Assembly: GCA_973895155.1 (NCBI GenBank)
Contig: OZ316891.1
Coordinates: forward strand, 19,121,048 to 19,185,047
Length of the DNA stretch: 64,000 nt
DNA from: Marsupella aquatica
Lineage: Eukaryota > Plantae > Marchantiophyta
Direction: 5' to 3'
Both the position numbers and the translations under genes were made by a program. A model generated the notes under the pieces. That model saw nothing but the letters and a program-made list of their open reading frames with translations. It had not been told where the DNA came from and did not search any database. Every line of letters begins with the position of its first letter. The stretch's first letter is position 1. Shown one piece after another: positions 12,949 to 26,349 of this stretch.

Positions 12949-13943
12949 TACATTTCATGAAAGCCTTGCGGATTTCAGCTTTAAGTTGGAGTTATTCATC
13001 ACTTTCTTGTCTCTACTCTGATCAGGCTTCAAAGGCTTCCGTTGAGCTATTGAATCCAAGGGTACTGTTAAGGGGCTATTCATAGAGGATAAGAGCAATT
13101 CTATCCGCAAAGACTAATGGTAGATAAAATTTCTGAGTTTCATTTTTAATAGCTGGTAAAGCTGAGTAAGTTTGGGATTCATTAATCTGTCCTCTTCGGC
13201 TGTTCACAACAAAACTATTCTGAGAGTCTGACAAAGTTATGAATATGAGATTGTAACTAGTATTGCCAAAACTTTATTGACGATTTTAGGTTGGAAATTT
13301 GGGAAAGGATGTTTCGATATTATTGTGCTCATGCTAAATTTGAGTGGTGGACGAGTTTTATGATGCTGTCTGCCATGTGACACCTCGATGACAAGAGTTT
13401 CAGGCTTTGCTAGAGGTTAGGTTTCATCTGTTTCATCTTACTTTTTTCCTCCAATGATGGGGCTGGTGACATATTCCTTTGAATTGTCCCCTGTCTAGAT
13501 GATTTTGACGGCACATGATACATTTCATGAAAGCCTTGCGGATTTCAGCATAAAGCTGGAGATATTCATCACTCCTGCCTCTACCCTGATCAGGCTTCAA
13601 AGGATTCTGTTGAGCTATTAAATCTAAGGACTGTGAAGGAGCTGTTTCATAGATGATGCCATTAATGGTAGATAAACATCCTGAATTTCACCCACAGCAG
13701 CTCGTAAAGCTGAGTAAGTTTGGGGTTCTCTAAGTCTGTCCTCTTCGGCTGTTTCACAACAAAACTACTTTGAGACTCTTCGTAAAACACCGCATCAACT
13801 GTATAAATACTTTGACAAGATGTGAGATAACTCTTATTACCAAAACATTTCTTCCCATGCACAGGTTGTATATTGAAAAATGTTGGGGAAGGTTGTTTCG
13901 ATATCATTGTGCTCATGTTAAATTTGTGTGGTGGACGAGTTTT
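12786..13943 (+). repeat. ~570-bp tandem duplication containing the NFD6 final acceptor, terminal exon and 3'UTR
   Basis: ttttatgatgctgtctgccatgtgacacctcgat at 12786 and 13356; agatgattttgacggcac at 12927 and 13497; gtggtggacgagtttt ends both copies. Confidence 0.93.
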
Positions 13944-16900
13944 GTCTGTGCTTTAGATCTGAGTTCATTGAAGCCCACGTGATGGCGTACTGGAAGATCA
14001 TTACCAAGGGATGGCATTGGAAGTTTTATGGGTTGGGTTTTCTCCAGCGAGCAGCCTTGAAGGTTTGATGACAAACGTGACAGAATGTGCGATAGCTTCC
14101 CACTCTCAATTATTTTCAGAGGGAGGATCGATTGCATGCAATCGATATTGTATCCGAGTTCCCTTTTTCTTGCTTAGTTAGGTTGAAAGTTACTGACTGA
14201 GAGCGTTACGATGTGAAAGCGTCTGCACTCTGTCCAAGTAATTGAGGTTACACTGTTAAATTTGGATGGATGTGGTTCACTCAGCTCCTGAGATATTGGG
14301 TTTAAGCCACCCTTTTTAGGTTGTGGGTAGCTCCAAATGATTCTAGGTTGGTAGGCGGGGATCTCATTGTAAGTTTATTCTTTAATGTTAAGCTAGTGTC
14401 CCATTGCTCACAACTGTAAACATGATTCTTTTGATACACATGCGTTACAAGAATATATTAGTTACCAGAACAAGTTGGCTTGTAGTCGCCCCTCTTCCCA
14501 TGAGAAGTGATCATCAGGGTCCCCAAAGCTCCTTGATTAGATACAGATGCTTCCAGTAAACTGGCGGCCCCGGACCTCTCGATAAGAAAGGATCATGATA
14601 TTAAGGTTTTGATTCGCGAAACTCAGACAACAGTTCGAGTCTCCGGATTTGAACCATCAACCTGAAACATTGTCCAAAGATAATATCATGGCCCCTGAAA
14701 GTTTGGAAGTATGCCCATCGAGTTACTCCATGCTCTGCCCTGATTTACTCTTCATTTCGATGTTGATAGCAATGTGTACTCTTGGTCGAGATGTGCAGTA
14801 CAGTCCAAGCGTAGGGTCCTCGAGAAAAACATGTGATTGATAGTTGAGTACTGTTAGAGTGACGAAACAACCCATGGGCGTCTTAACGTCATCCAGGATC
14901 ACAAAGATTTCGAGTTATCGAGGGACGGTGTCAAGGAGGTCACGAGTCGCTCGGCTCATGACCCTCACCCCGGGAGTAATTTCACCTTCGTACTGTCTTT
15001 TAATGGCAGAAACCTGCATGTGTAAATCAGTTTTGGCTGTGATATTTCCGGATCGTGTCAGTGGAAAAAGCACTGAAGAGGATGACAGCTTCCAATATCA
15101 ACCCAGAATTTGCCTACGCTTGAGATGATGCGACCACAAAACAATATCGAAATTAGAGCGGGTGTCATCATCCGTCGGGAGTGAGGTGAAGCTAGCCAAG
15201 CCTCTAGACAAAGACGGTTGCTACATGTCAGTCTATGTAAGAGAGACTGACTCAGATTTCAATGAAATGATTCTTTGGCATAGTCTGGACACACGCGTAT
15301 TACGTGGTACAATCGATTGATCGAGTTCAAAGCCTTTGCTATTTGGACAATTCAAAAACAGCTCGTAATACTTCCTTTGCAGTTTCATCAATCTAAGAGA
15401 GGCGCCTATCCAGAGTCTTTTTCTCAGCTTACTCGAAACGGAGGCTCACGAAGCCAATTTTCAAAATCGTAGCTTTACTTAACAAGGGCAGGGGTGAACC
15501 ATGAAAAAGAGTATGATCTCAGATTTCCACGTGACTGACATGGGTTTTATAAAGTAACCATGTTTTTGGATTCCACGGTCTTCCCAGTTCACAGCATCTC
15601 GATTCTCCACTAAATTAATTATTTCCAGAAGAGTCAAAGCAGAGACTAGCTGCAGGCTTGGCTTAGTCGCGGGTCGTGCCCACGTTTGTCTTTAACTCAA
15701 TTACCTTTATCACTCAAAGGCTAGCCTTCGTGTCATGACTTCTAAGCATAGTACACAGTCATGGTCTCTAAGAGTGATCAGTCAGTACAAGTTTCTCATA
15801 ACGATTTGTGCTCTTTTCCCGTACAGAAACACTTTTTATTGATTACTCGTAAAATCTTCGACAGTCTTTGAAAAGATCTGCAGGAAACAACCTGAGAGAA
15901 TTGCGGTACTTGCGTATGAGGTCCAAGCCTGAGCGTCAGAGAGTACTGCTCTCCCAACCTGCAAATTTATGAAGTGCCTTGCCTTGCGATAGCCTTTGTA
16001 CTGTCCCTGGATCTCTCGACAATTTCGGGTTCATTGAGCTATGCAACCAGGAATGACGTATAAGTACTTGGAAGGAAATTACAAGTTTAGGCCATTCCAG
16101 CTAAGCATTGTCGATGCAGCGTACAATCTTCAAGTACGAGCATACGTGATGAAGGTGCAATCACTACCGCGATTTCGCACTCATAAGGCAGAAGCTAAGG
16201 GAGCTTCAGACAGAATCCCTTGGGAAGACCCAAAATCTCAGTCCTGCCCTTCTGAAGGCTGCAGAGCTGCGTTGAATAGGTAGAAGGGTATAGTCGTGTT
16301 CATCAATCCCAATGAAAATCATATTCCTAATGAGCACGTATTCATTATTATGTCGACCAAGCGAATGGATCCGGCTGGAAGGAAAGCAACATCACGAGAC
16401 TGCCAGATATAAACTGTACTATGAGATGCTCACGATGTATATATACAGTTGAATTGTATCTTTCAAGACGGTCACTGAGAGCACTCTGGTCTATTGAACT
16501 TGTTTGAGTTAAAGAATTAGGGTGATCATGCTCCTTGGAATGCACGCACACTAATGGCATGGTTTCGTAAGTTCTCAGACTTATTATATATATCGTCTAT
16601 CTTCTTCATCTTCGATCGATTCGAAGATGTCTATCGAATCAAATAATCAATAAGAGCTAGGTTCTCTGTCTGCACGTACCCCAAAGATTGCACAAATTGC
16701 GCTGGGGGAGATTTTGCTCCCGATCGGTTGGGAAGGTGCAGACCTGGTACAGACTGTGTAAATTGAGAATCAAGCCAACGATCGATCCAACAGCCTCAAC
16801 TCTCGGTTCCGAACTACTGTAGGTTAATTCGACAACATTAATGACTTGTTAAGTAAAGACCCTGCGAATGGAAGCACTCAAGTTTACGATGCTACCGTCA

Positions 16901-17005
16901 GACCATAACAATGAAGCAAATATGAGGCACAAGCACATGCATTGATCAATTTGATCGTGAACGCATCAGGCATGAAGCCCTAGCTCTCAAGTTGTCTACG
17001 TGCGC

Positions 17006-17189
17006 GCAATTGACTCATGTACAGCTAGAGCTCTAAAGAATGAGGCAGTCGAGTCCAGTTTCACTGCTTCTCATGAAAGTTTTCAAGGCAAAAAACAAGC
17101 AACTGACTCATGTACCGCTAGAGCTCTAAAGAATGAAGCAGTCGAGTCAAGTTTCACTGCTTCTCATGAAAGTTTTCAAGGCAAAAAAC
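17006..17189. repeat. Near-perfect 93-bp tandem duplication
   Basis: gactcatgta.gctagagctctaaagaatga.gcagtcgagtc.agtttcactgcttctcatgaaagttttcaaggcaaaaaac occurs twice with a period of 93. Confidence 0.92.
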
Positions 17190-20100
17190 GAAGTTCACTG
17201 CTCTAATGACAGGTCCGTTACTTGGGAAATTCATTTGATCGACCTTTCTATCTAGCTCTGATATGCTCATCTACTGTCGGAAGTTAAAAACCTACACCTA
17301 CTAGGCTGTATCGAAACCATATCTTCTGCCTCTCATCATGTGCTTCAGAGGCATAGCTAGATCTGTCGGCGACAGATACGATCCTCTGCACTCTGCAGAT
17401 CGATCTGACTCGTTCACATGCATGGTGCAGTCCAACTCTGGCTGCAATTGCGTACTAGTACCAGTACTTAGTTGGGGTATATCAAATTAAGCGTAGCGGT
17501 GATTGAGTCAGTGGGCGAGCTCAGACGATCGAGTACAAGCGATCTCATAGTGGGTAGGTCTGACCAGTTCTGACCTGCGCATGATCTAACGTCAAGAAAG
17601 CACCAATTGCAATCCACCAAGGCGGCATTGCAATACAGCAGCTGAGCAGCAGCCGGCAGCCGCCGCAAGGCAAGCCTTTCATTAGAACTAGTGGTTGACT
17701 GCCTATCTCGTGCTGTGGCCACAATGGAAAAGCGCAGAAAGTGGGTCTTTCACATGGCGTCCACATGATTGTTTGGACCTCAACAATCATCATCATCATC
17801 ATCATCATCTCCCTCCTTAGGTTGGGACGAGCTTGGAATCCTGCGCCTTCGATGTATGCGATCAGGAGTGCAGGTGCCGATCGATTGCGCACCCTGACCC
17901 ACTTGGAAAGTAAGTTGGTATAGCTAGGGAGGAGTAGCACTTCCCCAGCTGTTTCTGCTGCTGCTGCTACCTGTAACGAATTCTGAGTCACCGGTTTCGA
18001 TCGATATTGAACATGATTCGTCCAATGCAAAGTGCAAGAGCTGAGCGAGTGAGCGAACATGCTAAATTTGTCGTCTCTGACGCGACCCAAACAAGGAACC
18101 GATCTCCGTCAATTTGTTACATTGGACATTTGGACCTCCCTTTAATTTGGTACGGGCTGGTACTGCATGGCTCAATGATTTACCGTAAAGCAAGTTTGGA
18201 TTGAGCGGATTCTACTCCACCAGTCTAACCCACGATTTCAGTTCACACGTGTGTTGAAGCTGTGGTTGAAGCCAACTCAACCCAAAAGCAAATGCATGTT
18301 TGTTACTGGATCGTTGGTTTCGATAAACTACTTCTGTTCTGAGAGACCAACGAGGGTCCCGAAGTTTCAAGCTCCTAGCTTTCGGAATTTCATCTTTCTA
18401 ACATGTGTTTCTCAGGCATAGATTGTGTAGTCGTGTGTACACGTAGAGTACTGTGAAGAAAATATTTAAGTTGTGCAGAGTATTAGTGTTGTCAGTGCTT
18501 GCACTGAAACCATTGGTGCGCTATGTATTATTAACAGTTGGAGCCTAAAGTGCTAGTCTCATTTACTGTCCTAGGGTGGCACACAAATGACTGGATTCAG
18601 TGAAAAGTCCGAGAATTACCTCTGTGATCGACCATTTCTCTCTCAGCATGTACTATCAGGGTTAGATTTTCAGTGCAGTTTTTCTAGATCCATGACTCTC
18701 TTGAATTTGGTTGACACGCAGGGGGGATAGTAGAAGTGAATCAAGGCTTATCCCTTTGAGTTTCTTTGAGTTTTTATAGGTATCTATCCTGGCTGACGAG
18801 CATACATTGATCTACAAACTTGTAATGTTCAGAATGACTAGATCCCGCATTAGGTCTCAATTCGCAGCCAATAAAATGTTCGGAAACTAAGATAGCTCTG
18901 ACTAGCTCAAATGGAATCAATTTTATGATTCAGGTCACCAGACGGTTTAAATCGCTGTCAGATTCTAACGGCTGCTCTCAGTCAATTTTATCCGGTCAAT
19001 GCTTTTGGTTCACGTGCAGTCAAGAAAGACAGCCCGTCTCTCTGAGCTGGATTACAAGCAAAGCCAAGGTATCTGCCAATGGAAGGTTGGGACACTTGAG
19101 TGCTATTTCTTAGAGAAGAAAGTAGAAAGTACCAGTACTCATTAATTAGGAGCCTTGAATTTGTTTGTTTAATCAGCTTCTTGGTTTCTACTTTCTCTCA
19201 TAGCCTAGAACACGAATCCTCCTTCTCTACGGTAGGCACCCTCTCTTGAAACAATCTTCGTATTTAGCGCTAGGGGTGAGTCTTGTATTCGATCATAGCC
19301 TCATCAAAGTGTACAACATAAATTTACCCAACGTACATGCAAACAAGACGAAAGTGCTGCCGTTCTTATGGACTGGTCCAGTTACATAGTGTGCGAATGA
19401 CAACTGTATTCTCAATCATGTAAAACTCCAAAAATGAACCTGCCATCTTTAATGTGCTTAGCTGGGAGCGGGGCTGGGAGAACAGATTACAGATGATTAG
19501 GAGATGGGACAAACACGATCATGTGTTTCTGGCATTAATTACTAGCACTGTGACTCTAAACTCGAAGATTGCAAATCCTTCCAGCATCTCATGATAGGTC
19601 AGACTTTCACAACCTAACGAGCAGAGCTCCTCCGTCGGTTTATTACAGCGAAGTACACTTCTCGCTGACTTCTTTGCTGGTGCACTTTGTTCACCAAATT
19701 ACCTCTGTACCCAACCTTCGCTCGGGCCTTCTCTCACCACAACAATCACACGTCGAATCCACGCAATCCGAAAAAAGGACCCCAGGATAGAAACTCGAAA
19801 CCGAATTGTGTTTTCAAGTTATTAGAATTGTTCACATGATTTGCAGTTTCGCAAACAAATTTCTGTGGCTCGTTGTAGCTCTCCCTAAGCATGTCAGACG
19901 TTCATGTGCCTTTGAATCATCTCTTACTGATGCGATGGTATTACTAATTTTGCTGAGCTCTTCGAGACTAGGGGCTAACTGAGTAGAAATGAGGAGCTAG
20001 CTCTTATCACGAAACTGATACTTGTCTAACGTGGACCTCAGGTTTACGTCCTTGCCCTGTATATTCTTTGTGCAATGGGCAAAGGGAGAGAACAATGGTT

Positions 20101-20994
20101 GAGTGGTAATTGAGACAACTCAATTGTGGGAAGACTTGAGATGTCGGATATGTCACCTTTCTCAATTTCCACAACCCAAATTTATTTTTCTAATGAATGC
20201 AAATCCCAATACAGATCACGGAAAAAAACTGCAAAAACATGAGAATGCAGACAGCCATATGGGGATCGCCCTCTTGATTCCTAATCAGTGAATTTTTTTT
20301 AACAAAAATGGTAAACTGGCCAGAAACCATGCAGTTGCCAAGCAACCACCACGCCTCTTAACCATGGTTAGGGTGGTATGCCGTCAATGTTATCTCCAGA
20401 TACAAGGTGTGTTTGAGCTCAAATGTTTTGCTAGATAATGAATCTAAACCTGGGGGGCCAACCATGAGTATCTTAATTATACAAGGACAAATACAAAGTT
20501 AGATACAAGTATGGTTGTCCAAATTGCAAATTTTGTTGATTAGGGTCCAAACTAGACTTCTGATGATATCAATCCAAGGGTCAAATGAGTGTCCTCATGA
20601 AGGAGTCATGTAAAGGATTTATTTTGCTAGAAGATATTGCCATGTTTTGAGAGACATGTCAATTTTACTCAAAATAATGAAAACAACTAAGAAGAAGAAA
20701 ACACCTTATGAAAGTAAAAAACATTTTCCTAAAAAATATTGTCAAATGCATGTATATGATGGCTAAGCATAGTGTTTTGAGAGGCATTATGTTACAGAGT
20801 TCTTAGAAAACTCAGCTGTAAAACAAGAAGGAAAACCCAATTGAAACAAGAAAGTGTTTAATGTGTCATGTTAATTTTGGCTACTTGTATGATTCAAGGG
20901 ATTCATAGAGAAGTTATGTGAAAACAAGAAGAAAGTTTTACTTAGGTATTTAACTTTAGTTGGTTAACTCTAGTTAACTAGTAGCACTAGACAT

Positions 20995-21631
20995 TGTTGA
21001 GCAAACTAAGATGCAACTTGCAACAAGTGAACATGGAGACGACCATCCAACAAACAGTAAGTGAGCGACATAGAGAAATACGTGATTTGCATCCAAAGAA
21101 ACTACGTCAATGGGAACACACAAGAAGTTTATTGCATTCTAGACTTGTTGGCCATACCAGGTCTCAAGAAAACAAGCTCTCCTTATCTTTCAAGTGACTC
21201 CATAACAATGAGCCTTAGTTTCTTCTCACAAGCAAACACTTGTTTGTGTATATAATCCAACGTAACACATAAGCTAGCCTAACCAAGTCTGTAATTATAG
21301 TTAGCCTAACTACAACTACAGTTGTAACTCTAGACCTACGAATAAATGTATAACAAATTAGTGGCTCTCTAGAGTTTAGGGTAATACCTTGGGAGTCTGG
21401 TGCAAGACTCATTCTAGGTAGTGAGAGACCTAGGGAGAGAAAGTGGACTCAAGAGCTCTGAGTGAGTGAGGCTATGGTATGTAATATGATGTTTCATAGT
21501 GAGCTTTTCTCGATTGTTGACATAGGCCTATCAAGGTGAATCATGAGAGTACTGTGTGGTCTCAATGCTGTCAGTATTTGTATGCATGGCACTTTCATTG
21601 CCAGTTTCATCGTCACTGGTTTGTTTTAACA
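20995..21631 (+). mobile_element. Probable solo LTR
   Basis: Termini TGTTGA...TTAACA, ~640 bp, LTR-like 3' part (gacataggcc...gtgaatca...tgtgtggtctc). Flanks GACAT and GAAAA match only 3 of 5, so the TSD is not established. Confidence 0.45.
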
Positions 21632-21764
21632 GAAAATGCCAAATGAAACAAGATACTTTGCATGCGTAGGGCCAATTCTGGCTGTTTGATTCAAGGGATG
21701 AGCTTTATTGGAGTTCATTTCAAAAGACTTTTGGTCTAGAGTTTGTATATTAACTTTTACTTTT

Positions 21765-24250
21765 GACACTGCTATATGGTGAATCCAACTTTCATATTTT
21801 GTCTTATGCTGATTTTGGGTCTAGTATTTAGATTTATACAAGATGAATCATTTGTATTAATTAGATTGTGAATTTACTGGACCCCTTCTAATTTTAGTTA
21901 ACTTTGAATATTTTGAATTTATTTTGGCTCCCCTCATAAATGTTTGATTTTTAATTTTCAATCCCTCTTAGTGAATTCTATCTTTTCTCATGAGAGTGAG
22001 AGAAATGATTTGAACAATGTGCACATGTGGTGTACTAAGTTCCCCTAATGGTTTCCTTTACAAAATTTATGGTTTAATTGAGTTAATTGTCATTACCTCA
22101 AAACAAGTGAAATATATACTTTATGTGCACAAGTCTTGAGTAACTCAGTAATTTCCTGGTCATTATGTGTTTTTCTTTGCATGTATATTTATGGTTTTGT
22201 GTATTATCCCACTCACTCTTAATTAACAGATATTATGTTTTTGGCATGTACTTTACATCTACTCTTTTCTTTTATCATAAATAAAATTAGATGATAAATG
22301 AATTACATATAAATCACAAGACAAAAAAAGGAGACATGTTCCATGATGAACATGCTATATATATATATAACAAGTGCCCCTCCAGTTTGTGTTTGGTGGA
22401 AAAAGTCACAAGATATTAGTGCCCACAATTAATTCCTTATAAAACCCTTGGACACAGGAAAAGAGCAAGAAGCTTAGAGCTATTGTGTGGACCCCAACAC
22501 ATGTTGGCACAGTAGCCGACACCAAAACAAAGAATGATGTGGGATCGAAAGTTGTTCATTGGTTGAACTGACAGGGGCACGAGTTAGAACTCAACCAATT
22601 ATTGCATTGTGCTAAATTAAAAATAAAATAACTGAGTCAAGTGGGAACCCTATGCCTTGTCTCATGTGAGCAGACATACCCATATGTCGTTCGACAAAGT
22701 AATGTGCTCTAAAACCACCACTGGCACTACACGAGATGAGGGGGAAGAGTTCCGTATTTTCCCCTTTTTCACATTCCTCCTCTAGACCAATATCCTCCAC
22801 TATGTCAATATAAATTTCCTTTAAATTAAATGGTGCGACCTGGTGGCCCCAGGTCTGATGATGGGCAATGGTGCTTTAAGTCGTGCCAAAAGAAGTACAT
22901 ATATTCCTCTTTTGAAGAAATTCCTCAACTTTTTCATAATGAAGACGACAAGAAATGTTATCAACAGTGCCGATGGTCTAAGGGCGGTGACTCAAAGTTC
23001 ATTGTATCAAAAGTTTGAACAGCATGTTCAACGCTAAAAAACTTTTGCTCCCCCTTTTGCATCATAGTGGGACGACGAGAGCTTTAAGATAGGTTTCAGC
23101 TTGACCACTTTCAGGTTACATGTCTTTAGGATGCGACCTTTTCTTACTGTAGCACTATTCACGTAAGCTGCACGCCTGCACGAGTTAAATCATTACTTTT
23201 TCAAAAGGATACAGACTATTTTTCTATGGAGTTGCTATGCAACATCCAAACATTTCTTGCGAGCACAGCTTGCTCTAAGGCTGTTTCCTTTTTTAGAAAA
23301 AAAAAAAAGAATTTTGGAGCCTTTTTACTCTGCTCGGTTGCCTCCTTTCATCCTAACATATAAACCACAGCTGCCACTATAAGAGGGGGCCGCCCTTACC
23401 AGGCTACTGTTCATTTACCTAGGTCAATAGTAGGCCTATCATGCAGATTCTCCCACTCATTTTCAGTCATCCACCCTGGAAATGGTTTTTTTGTCAGTTT
23501 TCTAGAAATTATGCACTATTTTTAGATGCACCTTTTTGTCAAACTTAGATCTTGGTGAGATCTGTGTTTGAGTCATACGTTACTCCTGATGGGGAACTAA
23601 TGAGATGACACTGATTCTAACAAATTCCCCACAACATGATTTAGCAGTCTTTCATATAGTATAGCATGCTCATCCTGGAACATGCTTCATTTTTTGTTTT
23701 TTAGTGATATACAGATGTTCTAATTAAAATATAAACAAGACATTGACTAGGAAGACATACAAAGACTACACTCTGTGATATTGAAACGTGTGCACATAAG
23801 GTACAAAAATAAAAGTACACATATAAAGAAAAATAATAATGAACAGGAAAGTTTAAGTTTATGGTATTGGGATGTGCACATAATGTACATGAGTAGAGAT
23901 GCTTATGTTACTTATGTACTTATTTTAGGTAATGACACTCAAAATAATTAAAACCATAAATTTAGGACACAAAATCATGAGTAGTGTTTAAAAACATAAG
24001 GTGTACACATTATTTAGATCATTTCTTCTGTACTCATGAGAATAAGGGCTAGAAATTCAACGAGCTTTGTTACAAGGTGGATGATCTTAAAATATAGCAA
24101 AGATTTAAAAAAATTAGCGGGGTGCCAGAATAAATAATCTAAACTATACAAGGAATGCACCTTGGTAAGACACATTGAAATAAAAATACATAACAAAAGA
24201 AGTTTGAATAAGACAAAATACTGAAAATTACATTCACCATATAGCAGCTT
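21765..24250. mobile_element. Long diverged inverted repeat (~600-bp arms, ~1.3-kb spacer); foldback or Mutator-like element
   Basis: Colinear reverse-complement matches: tgctatatggtgaat (~21770) / attcaccatatagca (~24232); ttctcatgag..aaatgat / atcattt..ctcatgagaa; aaatttatggttt / aaaccataaattt; catgttccatgatgaacatgctata (~22335) / tatagcatgctcatcctggaacatg (~23660). Confidence 0.7.
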
Positions 24251-24524
24251 CAAAATAATCTCATATGTGCTGTTGCACTCTATGTGAAATGACTACTATG
24301 GGTTACAGGAATTCTTTAGCAGGGAACTTGTGGTTTAAAAATCTCTTGCAAAATGACTGTACTTGAACAAAATCTGTTCTATAGAACCCACATCTTGATT
24401 TATGATAGCTATTATAGACAAGTCTCACATCCTGCCACGGAAAAAATTGATTAAATCTCCTGGCAAAAAGGTGTCCCGTTCTTAAAACGAATGGGGTTGC
24501 CTGTGTTTAGGGTTTAGGGCTAGG

Positions 24525-25015
24525 TTTCTGTCATTTCAATAAACAACATTCAAACTTTTAAGAACCTCATGCAAAAAATGGGTTTACTCTTTTAGAAAGA
24601 AAGAGCGCCTATTTCTCTGACTGGCTCGTTTCCCGCTTTCCATTTTAGGGAACAACGTTGTTTGGCGCTTTTAATACACCTAGATTTTATTTTTAATTTT
24701 CATCTTTTAATTATTATTTTTACTTTTTAGAGCATGTTCTTCTCATTTCAATAAACAACGTCCAAACATTTAAGAATCCCATGCAAAAGAATGGTTTCCT
24801 CTTATAGAAAAAAAAAACAAGTGCTGCTTAGCCGTTTTCCTACTTTTCATGCTAAAAAGGGAACATTCAAACATTTAAGAATCTCGTGAAAAAAAACTCG
24901 TTTCCGCTTTTAGAGAAAACATGTGTTGCGCAGCCTTTTTACTCGGGCTTAGTTTCCCTCTTTACATTTAAAAGAACAACATCCAAAGAATTTAAGAATC
25001 TATGCAAAAAAGAAA
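24525..25015. repeat. Degenerate AT-rich tandem repeat with ~110-200-bp units
   Basis: aacaacat(t/c)caaa...ttaagaa...catgcaaa recurs near 24540, 24755, 24862 and 24976. A related copy lies at ~23240. Confidence 0.65.
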
Positions 25016-26154
25016 AAAAGTAGATGTAGAAAATAGTATTTTGTCCCATGCCCAACAACAGGCAGGTATGTCCCACGTTGAGACTAGAGCGTGATCTTTG
25101 TATACACTTTTCCCCTTGAAAGAAGCACTTTACTTGTGAGAAAAGTAAAACCCACTAAAAACTGGGAGTAAGACACTGGATCAGAGACGAGCAAAGGGGC
25201 CAACAACCACTCACAGACCAAACACGGTCAGTCAGGAGGGCAAAGGAAAGAAAGAGTAACTACAGGGGAAAGGGTGCCAAAAGCCACCCACCAAAGAAAA
25301 GCCACCTAAACAACTATAACAAATAAGAGGGCTGACTCAGCTAAAAGCACAGAAAGAGAGCCAGGAAGTAACTGGGATGATCTGAACAAGTGTCTTTCAA
25401 CAAAAATCCAAGAAGAGGATTAAGTATCTGCTCAAAAAACTCTATCTGCTCAAGGAACTGAATCGACCAAAACGACAACAAGGATCTCAAGGAAGAACGA
25501 GTCCAGTATCCTCTAGACCCTTAGAATTCATGGGGGATCAAAGCTCACCAAGGACGAAAGTCCACAACCAGAACACCATCCTTCAGCTGAAAAAGGCCAC
25601 CATCCCATGCAAAGTCCCTATACATCTCATCAAGGTTGCCCATATGAAATGTGGAGAACTGTTTTCTGACCATGGATGACCTTGTGGGTCACTACGGAGC
25701 AGAAAACTGTGCTTATATACATGAAGGTCTCTTACTTTGTTTAATATAACAAGGACACTGCCCACAGGCAAAAGGAGAAAAGCCCCGCCTGTCTTCTATT
25801 TTTGTATTTTCCCATAGCTTTGTACACCTACAGTACTTAACGTGTTAACCCCACCTGAGAGAGTCCCTTGGTTAAATCTGCATTGGATGTTTGACGATTA
25901 AATTTTTGATAGTGTTGAATTTTTGATAGTGTTGGTAATGGACTTTCTTAGTTCCTAAGTAAAATTGAAAAAGCATGAGTACGGTAGAGAATACAGATTT
26001 ATGTTACCTTGCACAGTGTCCCACTTTCTGATAGTGCTGGTAATGGACTTTTTGGGCATTCCTATGTAAAAAATAAAAAACTGAATAAGGCAAAGAATAT
26101 TAAACGTACGCTATTTTGTACAGTATACAAGTTCTCCCAAAAGACTAACCAAGT

Positions 26155-26349
26155 TTTTCTAGAAACAGCTTTTTGCTAAAGTACCCCCCAAACTGAGCTT
26201 TATTGCAAACTTGCCCCCCAACTAAAATATTTACTATACTGTCCCCCAAAACCATATATCGACACTACCCGTAGCCTCAATCACTTACTGAACAATGTAC
26301 CCAAATTCCTACCCTGCACATACTTTGGTAAAAAGCTGTTTCTAGAAAA
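26155..26349. mobile_element. MITE (~195 bp) with 29-bp TIRs
   Basis: ttttctagaaacagctttttgctaaagta at 26155 versus tactttggtaaaaagctgtttctagaaaa at 26321-26349, 2 mismatches. Confidence 0.7.

Noticed and set aside
17545-18090. ORFs with poly-Met or poly-Ile runs resembling a signal peptide
   Set aside because: The runs come from an (ATC)n microsatellite. No recognisable domain or peptide-hormone motif is present.
24506-24527. Interstitial telomeric repeat (tttaggg x2)
   Set aside because: Only two perfect units, too short to interpret.
25855-25895. TPP riboswitch-like ctgagagagtccctt
   Set aside because: The downstream GAACCUGA...AAU...GCG.AGGGA half and the P1/P2 stems are absent.
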